Positions 35,572 through 45,187 of a stretch of DNA of 53,178 bases are shown piece by piece (positions within the stretch are counted from its first letter, which is position 1; each line of letters opens with the position of its first letter). The notes under the pieces were generated by a model that saw only the letters and a list, made by a program, of their open reading frames with translations, made no database searches and had not been told where the DNA came from. The position numbers and the translations under genes are program-made. The stretch lies in NCBI RefSeq assembly GCF_001194135.2, contig NC_069003.1, positions 21,336,331 through 21,389,508 of the forward strand. The letters are read 5' to 3'. This DNA comes from Octopus bimaculoides (taxonomy: Eukaryota).

Positions 35572-38500
35572 CTATTTTGATGTGGGGTAATTAGTAAAGT
35601 CTTGTGTGAGGCTCGTTTCTGCGTAAGGGTTCTGATAAACGGCAGCGCTAGTTCGTTGTTCCTTTTGTGAACCATCAGCAATTGTGTTGTCTGGAGAGAG
35701 AGGCGATAGTTGTGAGCTGTCTGGAGAGCTGACGATTGCAGAGCTATCAGTTTCCTGAAAATCGGTATTGTCTGATGACGATTCGCAGAAGGTCTTGTAA
35801 CTCGGGTCTTTCGAGTCGCACCTTCCTCGGAGTTCGAGTGAAGATATCTCTAAATTCAGTTCCACCATTTTTGCATTGGCCATTTCGATGGACCCTTCTG
35901 AGTCAGATAAGGATCGAGATTCTGAATGTGGTGAATTGCCCGAGGCACATTCGGTTGGGCTATGTGGGATGTCAGGGCTAGAACTTGCAGTCACAATAAA
36001 TTCCGGGATTGTAGAAGAGACCAAAGAACACTTGTAGTCAGAGCTTTTGCTCTGCAAGATTTCATCTTCGTCACTTGATTCCATCTTGGTCATATCAAGA
36101 TTTTCCAGTTCTTCTAAAGGGTCGGCATTCATAAGCTTCTTTTTGTTTTCATTATCCGACTCTCCCGAAGAACTTTCACTGGAACTCTGAGAGTGTGGTA
36201 GTGACATGGACATTCTGTTGGAGTGGTTTGAGTAGCCCTCACTCGTCTCGCTGTCTCTCAAGCAAGATGTTGTGCTCCCATTGAAGTCTTCAGAATCCTC
36301 GTCAGTATTGAGCTGTTCCAGTGGCTCCAGTAAGTCCTGCATGTCTAATGGATAGTCATCAAGAGGACTGTCGACAAGGCTGGAATCATCGGCATCATCA
36401 GTGACCGAGTGACGTTTGGAAGCTACATAAAACTCACCTGAATTCTGTTTCTGCTGCTGCTGCTGACTTTCGGAATACAGCGGAATGCTTTCATCAGTAG
36501 ACTGTAATTTTGATGAATCTGAAGTGCTGTCTTCCTCTCGGATGGTAGCCAGCGGTTTTGCAGGGGAGACAATTGAGTCCTGTTTCACAAGACACTTCAT
36601 GTCTGTAGATTTCTTCCTTACACTGTCACCACTGGATTCATTGGTAAGTGTTGATCCTTGGCTAGGCGGAGGCTTGAATGTACTAAATGTTATTTTCCTT
36701 TCACTTTGACTCAGATCGTTGTCCTGACTCAATAACAGAGCTGCTACGCAAGCTGGATCGTCACGCAAGTTATTGTTGCCAATGTCGTCGACACCGTCTT
36801 GCAGTGTTGTCAACAACAAGCTCTCGGCTGCGGCAGGCGTTCGATGGAAATTCTTGCCGTCAGTTGGATGGGAACTGGTACTCGCTGCCTGCTGCTTACC
36901 GTAGTCCTCGGTGCCGGCCGAAACCAAACTTGAAACAAATGTACATTCGCTTGAATTGGATATCTTACTGGAGTTAGTCTTCGTAAAATCAATATTGTCG
37001 TTTTCATTATCTTCCTCCTCCTCCTTTACTATATCATCATCGTCATCGTTGTCGTCATCATTGTTGTTGTCAATAACAACAGTTCTTTTGATAGAAATTA
37101 CATATGCAGGTTCTGGTAAATGAGTGAAGCCTTTGTTTTTCAAAATGGAGCGGCATACTGGGGTTGTTTCAGCTGGTTGTTCATCTCTGGAGTGGCTGAC
37201 ACTATCTTCATTTCCACTTACCTGCCGCTGCTGGACAACCGGATCATCCGTTTGGTCTGCTTTCGTGTTACCCGTCTCACCAGTTGGACTTGTGGTGTGA
37301 TCAATGGATGAGAAACTGTCTTTCGGTGGAAGATTCCTGAATGTAACAAACTCACCACTTTCCCTTAAATTATTAGCCGAAGGACTGGCTTCTTTGTCTT
37401 TCCCTGTAACATCATCATCTACAGCAACTGTATTTATTTCTACTGTGTCATCACTGGCTTTTATCACTGGTCGGTCCTTTTCTATAGCAACGGTGTCTTT
37501 TGCCATAGCAACAGCATCCTTTGCCACAGTGACAGTATCCTTTGCTGCGGTAGACTCGTCCTTTGGCTGGACAGAGATTGGCTTTTTCACACGCTTCTGG
37601 ATCTGTTGAAGGATTTCCTTCTCCAGCGATGGGCTTGTTGTATCATCTAGACAAGAGTAACTAGTCTTGGGAGGCAGTTTATGGTAGCTAACTAACTCGA
37701 ACCTTCGTGGACTAACAGGAGACCTGTCGTTTGGGGTTCGACAAGAAGGGGACCTCCGGTTTGGGGATGGGCCTCTAGAAGGCCGAGGGATGTGGTATTC
37801 GTTATTCAAATTCAATTTGTCAACTGGAAGGTTTGATAGGGGCCGACTCTCTCCGCTACTTTCACAGTGAGTGTCTGTTAAGGCAAACAGTTCCGTTTCG
37901 TCCTTCAACTCTTTGTCTATTTTCAAGCGCCGATGTAAGATGTAAGGTATGTCTTTGATTAAATCACTTCCGTTAATCAAGTTTATTGGTTTGCTAAGTT
38001 TCTTCATCTTGTCTTTGTCCGTGTTGATTTTGTTTTCTTTCAATAAGTTTTCATTTGTCACAAAAGAAACATTGTTTACAGTGTTGTTATTGTTGTTCGA
38101 CTTATTTGGATTTGTTACGCTATTGTCATGCTTACTAGAATTCTGTGAGTTACCAATATTGATGGTTGGCCAGTTGTCAATGGTACCATGATTGGTCTGA
38201 TAGCAGTTGTTGTTATTGATGAAATTATCAGACATCACTTTCTCACACGATTTCTCATCAATTCCCGCAAACTTTGGATCATTTACACTATCAACTATAC
38301 CGGAATCTCGGAAATGCTTTTTGCAATCGTTGTCATGAGGAGGATCAAAATCTAACGACAATTCTTTATCGGTCAGTGATTTGTCGAGTTCCTCTCCGGA
38401 ATCTGTCAGCTTTGGAGTTTCCTGGAATTTGTCGTTTCTGTTGTTGGTGGCCAAACTCAAGTCTGTTGTGTCGAGAGTGCTGCAAGTCTTTATCTCATCA

Positions 38501-39319
38501 ATACAAGAAATTCCCGAGTCAGACTTTGGAAGATGTTCATCTTCCTCATTGACCTTTGACATTTCGCTAAAGCTCCTATCACTAAGTGACTTGCTCAACG
38601 GTAGACGGGGAATGTTTTCAAATGCAACCGTGTCTTCTCCACCTTCCTCGACCACATCGTCCGTGGTTGGGCTGGTATCAGTCTCGGTAATGAATTCGCT
38701 CGACTCATCTGTAGGAACAGAGAAGTTATTAACATTGATGTCATCTACTGCAGAATCCCCTCCAGCCTCTTCGTCTTTGTTTGCAGTAGAGTTATCTTGT
38801 GATTCTTCATTCAAGGCTAAAAACAACTCACCAGTATCCTTACCCTTTGCAGTTCCTTCATTTACAACCACACCCACACAAACGTCAACATCCTTGCCCC
38901 TATCCTCTTCCACTGACATGCCACCCTCACCTGTGTTAGTAATAATGTTGTTGTTTAGATGATTGTTGTTAGTATTACCACTGTCTATAGTCCAAGAGAG
39001 AACACGCTCCTTGGCCTTTTCTAGTTTTCCTGTACCATGTAACCCTTCATCAAACTGAGCAGAGAGTTTCCTAAGAGAATCGCAACAGTCAACATCTGTA
39101 TGGCTCGCTATCTCTTCCAATGACACATTGTACTCTAACTTGTCAACTGAGCCCTCGTCATCGCTATGATTATTGTCATCGTTTTCGTCATCACTGTCAC
39201 TGTCATCACTATTGCTATCATCGTCATCGTCACTACGGTCGTAATCACCCTCTTCTTCCCTAGTGTATTTACCTGTAATTCTATTATCACTCTCTACACA
39301 TTTCATGGGGACACCATCT

Positions 39320-39362
<43 letters not shown>

Positions 39363-40018
39363 TTACATCGTCATGGTCATCGTTACCATTTTTGTCAATA
39401 AGAGACCCCAGAAAATGAACGGATTTGGGTATGTGGGGAGCCGAATTATTCGATTTGTTACGAATTTTGACACTATTACCAGCAGGGGGGTTCAAAATGG
39501 GAGTTAACTGAACATTATTATCATTGTCATTTGCAATTTGATTGGCTGACGAACTTTGCTGCTGCCTAGTAGAACTTAAACTAGTGGATATACCATTGAA
39601 ATCTGACTTAACACTTCTGCCGGGGACATGATCGCTGGACTCTGCATTCTCTATGCTTTGAGCGGCATTTGTTCGACTGCCGCCGACATCCTCACAATTC
39701 TCGTCGGCATTGTCGTTCTCGAGTTTATCGTGCTTGGTAGCCATAGCCGGTTGGCTGTGACTGCGTGCTGACTCGAGTTTTGGTGAATTCAAGGAGCGGC
39801 TTCCAGACAACGAACTTTCACTGTGCACCTCAGCAGTTTCGACCCTCGCCGAAGAAGTGATGCAGTTGTTGTCCTGTGCGTTTTCAGCCAACACATGCGA
39901 GCCACTTGAGGCGGTGCTGTTCTGGCTGACATGGAAATCTGAAGAATTTAGAGTAGTTGTTTTCTGATGACTTTTTGGTGTGGCACTTGTACTTCTGCTA
40001 TTGCGACCACTCACAGAC
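35572..40018 (-). CDS. Giant coding exon (~4.45 kb, probably terminal or alternatively terminal) of an unidentified gene; acidic Ser/Asp/Asn-rich, likely intrinsically disordered polypeptide
   Basis: Stop-free 1480-codon ORF (35572-40014) of complex, non-repeat sequence in a window where all other long ORFs are microsatellite or N artefacts. The ORF-track 'M' is a GTG. An acceptor (ttctgttttattgttgcag|G TCT GTG AGT) just upstream puts the exon start at 40018 (phase 2). First in-frame ATG is at 39744 (GCT ATG G). TAG at 35574-35572. No folded domain recognised. Confidence 0.9.
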
Positions 40019-40036
40019 CTGCAACAATAAAACAGA
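40019..40036 (-). other. 3' splice acceptor of the giant exon
   Basis: Minus strand reads TTCTGTTTTATTGTTGCAG immediately before 40018; composition switches from coding to AT-rich intron at this point. Confidence 0.8.
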
Positions 40037-40160
40037 ACTAAATTACTAAGAGCTCATATAATACATCACAAACTACTGTCGCCAAAAACAGAAACAGAAC
40101 TGTAACAAAGACATCATCCATAAAATTCTATAATTAATATAAAAAAAAAAATTTTTTAAA

Positions 40161-40374
40161 TGGTTTCAAATTTTGACACAAGGCCAGCAATTTCAAGGGA
40201 GGAGATAAGCTGATTACATCAACCCCAGTGTTCAACTGGTTCTTATTTTATTGACCGAGAAAGGATGAAAAGTGAAGCTGACCATGACAGAATTTGAACT
40301 CAGAACATAAAGACGGATGAAATGCTGCTAAGTATTTTGGCTGGTGTGCTAATGATACTGCCAGCTTGTTGCCT
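40161..40374 (-). mobile_element. SINE family A copy ~140 bp upstream of the giant-exon acceptor
   Basis: Diagnostic blocks. Confidence 0.87.
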
Positions 40375-40800
40375 TTTTAATAATAAGTATATACGTACAT
40401 GTATACACCCCTCCCCATATATATATATATCAAAATAAGCAACAGGATATCAAGTAGTGATGCAATATGACCATTTCAAGGAGCTCCATTTAATTGAACA
40501 ATGCAATCATTACATCAATTTAAAATCAGTGCCATCTTCAGCTGCACAAATAAATAAATAGAATTTTAACAAGTAGGACACATTAATATAATTTTTCTCA
40601 TATATATACATATATATATATACATATAGACACACATGAATACAGCAATAAGTGTTTAGAGTGACTGCTTTCCATTAAGTCTGTGTTAACCTTAATTTTG
40701 TCTCTTAAACATTTTATATAAATCAATTTTTTAATCTAAGAAAATATTTTGAAACAAACACACACAGACAAAAATAGTTCAGCTCTGAGTCAATCCTTAA

Positions 40801-41008
40801 CTTTTTAGCATCCAAACTGGCCAAATCTGGCCCAAATATTCTACTTGTTTTAGGTTCAAACTGGCCAGATCCAGCCTCTCACACCTACCTAATAGTGTCA
40901 TTCAAGTAATATACAATCACATCATCAAAACCATGAAGCTATGGTTAATTCAAAGCAATATGGATTAGTAAGCATTACATTTGCCAGAATAATCTGAATG
41001 CTAAAGGG
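40801..41008. mobile_element. piggyBac-type MITE
   Basis: TTAA TSDs at 40797-40800 and 41009-41012; TIRs CTTTTTAGCAT / revcomp CCCTTTAGCAT. Confidence 0.85.
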
Positions 41009-41084
41009 TTAAACTCTTCCAGCCCATGACCATCCAGCCTTTTAATCAGGCAGTGTCTAAGGTTCATATATATAGTCTAATACA

Positions 41085-41137
<53 letters not shown>

Positions 41138-41334
41138 TTGTATTTCAGAAAAGTCATCTCCATTAATTAAACACAAACTGTTATTGTTTTTCTCTACGTT
41201 TTTCACTCACACATCAGTTTCTAATTAATGGCAATGAAAACACCACTAACACACATTAGTATTGACTAAAATGTACTGTCACGCACACATATATATATAT
41301 TACACATACATACATATATATATATATATATATT

Positions 41335-42388
41335 TAAGGTGTGTTCCAGAAGTTTTGAGACATTTTTAGGAGAAGCAGTTATAACTGTCCTTGATTATTG
41401 CAATGTTAGTATATCATTACTATGCATCTTATTCCAGATTGAAGGAGTGTATTTAAAGTCCTGTAACACACTTTGAACACACCCTACTAAACACTGCTTG
41501 TCACAGCTAACTAGTTTGCAGAATGCAGTCAAGTGTGTGAAGACAATTTCAAAGCTGACTATGCAATAAAGTTTTCTGTTAAACTGGGTAAAAACCATCA
41601 CAGAAACTTATGAAATGGTTCCCACTCCTTATGGGTTTGGGTGAGCTGGCAGAAACGTTAGCACGTCGGGCGAAATGCTTAGCGGTATTTCGTCTGCCGT
41701 TATGTTCTGAGTTCAAATTCCGCCGAGGTCGACTTTACCTTTCATCCTTTCGGGGTCGATAAATTAAGTACCAGTTACGCACTGAGATCGTTACGCACTG
41801 TCTGTCCTTGTTTGTCCCCTCTATGTTTAGCCCCTTGTGGGCAATAAAGAAATAAGAAAGCTCATGGATCAACCAAGTGTTTGTTTTTTTTGCAGGCACA
41901 AGAAGCTGGGCAAAGAAAGTCCACCGAGAAGCTCATGATGATCTCTAATCCTTTTTTTCATTACAGTTAGGGTATCATTGACATCCACTGGGGTTCTCTC
42001 TAGCCAAACGGTCAACAAAAAGTACTTTGTGGTAGTTTTGAAGGAGTCTAGGAAGAGATTTCATTGCAGAAGGCCAGAGCACCTGCACCAGTCCAAAATT
42101 CCACCCTGGTAACCAACTACTTGATAGAGACAGGCATCGAAACTGTCCCTCACCCTTCCTACAGCCAAGACCTTCTCCAAGCTGAAGGGAAAGATGAAGG
42201 AGGCTGTGACAAGGGATCTGGATACCTTCACTTAAGAGGATCCCCATGAGGCCCTCAAAAAATGGCTGGAGCACAACAAATGCATTGAAGTCAGAGGTAC
42301 TTTGAAGGAGATTATGATATTATACTTGTTTGAAATTAATAAATGTCTTGCCTAAAAAATAGTCTTAAACCTTCTGGAATGCACCTTC
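41335..42388 (+). mobile_element. Internally deleted mariner transposon of a third family, interrupted by a SINE
   Basis: TIRs AAGGTGTGTTCCAGAAGTTTTGAGAC / revcomp AAGGTGCATTCCAGAAGGTTTAAGAC. Transposase remnants YAIKFSVKLGK...ETYEM (~41558-41617), LKESRKRF, ETVPHPSYSQDL and K(W)LEHNKCIEVRG. SINE at ~41637-41860. Confidence 0.85.
41637..41860 (+). mobile_element. Young SINE family A copy (subfamily with distinct 3' end) inside a mariner
   Basis: CpG-intact head; B-box GTTCAAATTC at 41711-20; 3' end CTATGTTTAGCCCCTTGTGGGCAATAAAGAAATAAG. Confidence 0.92.
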
Positions 42389-42435
42389 TGTGAGTGTGTA
42401 TGTATATTGGTCAACTTTGCCTTTGATGTATTTCA

Positions 42436-42516
<81 letters not shown>

Positions 42517-42830
42517 GTGTGTGTATATGTAGATAGCTAGGTAGTTAGATAGATCAATAGATACAACAAAGACAAAGTTGACCAATGCAGTATTTAAACT
42601 TTGAGAGTAAAGAACTGAAACGAAGACTGTTATGACATTATGTCCAATGTGTTAACAATGTTGCCATTGCACATCTTGGATGAGCACAAGACAGAACTGG
42701 AAAAGAAGAGGAGAGGAAAGAAAGAAGAGCTGAACAATGAATGAATAATTGAGACAGGATAAGATCAGCATAATTACATTTTCAGTTGTTATAAAAACAC
42801 ATTGAAGAAGCAAATAACTAAGCAATATGG

Positions 42831-42935
<105 letters not shown>

Positions 42936-42993
42936 TACATATATTATATATATTTGAAAAGATTTGTAAATGTACCACATGGGTAAGTAGATA

Positions 42994-43494
42994 TTAAAGA
43001 TAAGCAAAAATGAAAATGCCACTTTTTNNNNNNNNNNNNNNNNNNNNNNNNNNNNNNNNNNNNNNNNNNNNNNNNNNNNNNNNNNNNNNNNNNNNNNNNN
43101 NNNNNNNNNNNNNNNNNNNNNNNNNNNNNNNNNNNNNNNNNNNNNNNNNNNNNNNNNNNNNNNNNNNNNNNNNNNNNNNNNNNNNNNNNNNNNNNNNNNN
43201 NNNACTGCGAATAGTAAATTACAGATAGTAGTAATTTACTATCGCATTGAATTGAAGTTACCATGCCTCCAGAACGAAAGGACCACATGCGCATGCAAGA
43301 AATAACAGTAAACTACGAATGTTATTCTTAATTTTAATTTCAATTTTATTTTGTTAATAGACCTCTTCAATTCTCACATATTTATACTCATTTTTGATAA
43401 GGTTTTTTAAAAAAAAAACCAAAACATGTTATGTAAATTAATTAAAACACTCAATTTCTTAAAAAGTGGCATTTTCATTTTTATTTATCTTTAA
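42994..43494. mobile_element. TA-flanked Tc1/mariner-superfamily MITE (spans an assembly gap)
   Basis: TIRs TTAAAGATAAGCAAAAATGAAAATGCCACTTTTT / revcomp TTAAAGATAAATAAAAATGAAAATGCCACTTTTT (2 mismatches); TA on both sides; no coding remnant visible. Confidence 0.8.
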
Positions 43495-43525
43495 TATATA
43501 TATATATACATAAACACTATATATA

Positions 43526-44810
43526 TTGAGTCATCCCATAAATAATGCGGTTTTCTCAATTGCACGAGCTAAAAGTTGGAGGGGGAGAGGATAAACCACC
43601 TGCATCAACTTCCTATAAAAGCAAGTAGCAATTTTACCTTTACATATATTCTTAGTGCAAGTTTTGAAGAGTGCAGTTCGATTTTAACAGTTATTTTTTC
43701 ATAGCTATAATGGAAGTGACAAAGGAGCATATTCAGCATATTTTGCTTTATGAGTTCAATAAAGGCAACGATGTAATAGAAAGTAAGAGGAATATTAATG
43801 CAGTATATGGGGATTGGACAATAAGCGTAAACCAGTGTCAATGGTGGTTCCAGAAATTCCAAGTCGTAAACTCCAGCCTAGAAAATGAGCTTTGTTCTGG
43901 AAGATCTGTACAGCTTGTCGAGAACATCCTGCAAACCCTGGTGGAACAAAATCCCATCGTAACTGTTGAGGAACTAACAGAGAAGCTTGGATTTTATCAT
44001 TCAACCATTCATCGACACTTGTGTGCCATCAGAAAAGTCAGTAAATTGAGTCAATGGGTTCCTTACAAACTCTCCCAGTCTAATCGCGCACAGAGAGAGT
44101 GAATGCGAGCTCTTCTTTACTGTCATGTCTCAAGAATGAACCTTTTTTGGACCGAATAGTGACTGGTGATGAGGAATGGGTTCTCTATAAAAATGCCAAG
44201 TGGTGAAGACAGTGGGTAGAGAAAGGAGAAACACCGGCACCCCGGCTTAAAGAAGATTTTCACCCATGTAAGGCATTGTTATCTGTTTGGTGGGATATAA
44301 AAGGTTCAATCCACTTTGAACTTTTAAATCCAAATCAAATGATAATGAAGGAGATCCACTGTGAGAAGTTTGAGTGGCTTAAGTCAGCTCTAGAAGAAAA
44401 ACAACCATCTTTTGCTTTAAAGACGAAAGGTGTTCTTTCATCAGGATAATGCATGGTCACATACAGCAGGGATGACATTCCAAAGGCTGGAGTAGGCTGA
44501 GAAATGATGCCCCACCTACCATATTCACTGTACATTGCTCAATCTGATTATCATTTATTCCGCAGTCTTCAAAATCATTTGGTCAGAAAAAATATGAATT
44601 CTGTAGATGAGGTCAGAACAGTACTGGAGGAGTATTTTTCGTCATGGACAAGTGAATTTTGGAAGAGAGGACTTGCAAGTCTACCAGATAGATGGAAGAG
44701 CCTTATAGAGAATGAAGGAGAGTATCTTTTAAAAAAGAACTTTGTTTATTTCAATTTTGAAAAAATAAAAGAAGTATAAAAGAAACTGCATTATTTCTGG
44801 GATGACCCAA
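43526..44810 (+). mobile_element. Full-length decayed mariner transposon (1285 bp)
   Basis: 28-bp TIRs TTGAGTCATCCCATAAATAATGCGGTTT / revcomp TTGGGTCATCCCAGAAATAATGCAGTTT (3 mismatches); TA TSDs at 43524-25 and 44811-12. Transposase from ATG 43710 (MEVTKEHIQHILLYEFNKG..., WVPYKL, IVTGDEEW, HQDNA, PYSLYIAQSDYHLF) with stops and frameshifts; the 2nd-3rd Asp spacing is 101 nt, 4 nt short of D34D. Confidence 0.95.
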
Positions 44811-44876
44811 TATATTACACATATATATATAAAAGAAGAGAGAGGAGACAGACATAAATAAACACAATTATACAGA

Positions 44877-44914
<38 letters not shown>

Positions 44915-44966
44915 CACACACACACAAATGAGCACATAAGTGCAAATACGCAAGGTAGAGTAATAT

Positions 44967-45043
44967 ACTTTTATTAAAGCTGCAAAATTATCACAAAACT
45001 CTGATTAACAGTTTTGAGATAATTTTGCAGCTTTAATAAAAGT
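44967..45043. mobile_element. Short hairpin / fold-back element (probable MITE)
   Basis: 34-nt arms, 33/34 complementary, 9-nt loop CTGATTAAC, in TA-rich flanks. Confidence 0.75.
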
Positions 45044-45187
45044 TATATATATATATATATAAACAATATATGAGTATATGCATATATATGTACATGTATG
45101 TACATACCTTCATCTACATGTACATATAGATACATATCTGGGTACATGACGTGGCAAAAGAACATGGACAAAACATACACACACAGA

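Noticed and set aside
36418-36437. EFYVAS as an FFAT-like motif, and YQNP near the C-terminus as a Grb2-type site
   Set aside because: The core mismatches EFFDAxE and there is no acidic flank; a 4-residue motif is uninformative without conservation data.
35736-38962. Plus-strand and off-frame ORFs overlapping the giant exon (e.g. 38381-38962, 193 aa)
   Set aside because: Shadow ORFs expected from the biased codon use of the real frame; no independent start or splice evidence.
40514-40541. 28-nt candidate minus-strand exon (ttatttgtgcag|CTGAAG...TTGAT|gtaatg) that is phase-compatible with the giant exon
   Set aside because: Such short matches arise easily by chance, the donor is weak, and there is no homology support.
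41637-41725. tRNA-like A/B boxes
   Set aside because: SINE head: no cloverleaf, and it continues into the SINE body. No genuine tRNA or rRNA gene was found in the window.
42596-42760. Possible RTE-LINE RT remnant (LKRRLL..Y..CTSW) or host exon
   Set aside because: Too short and too frameshifted to support either call.
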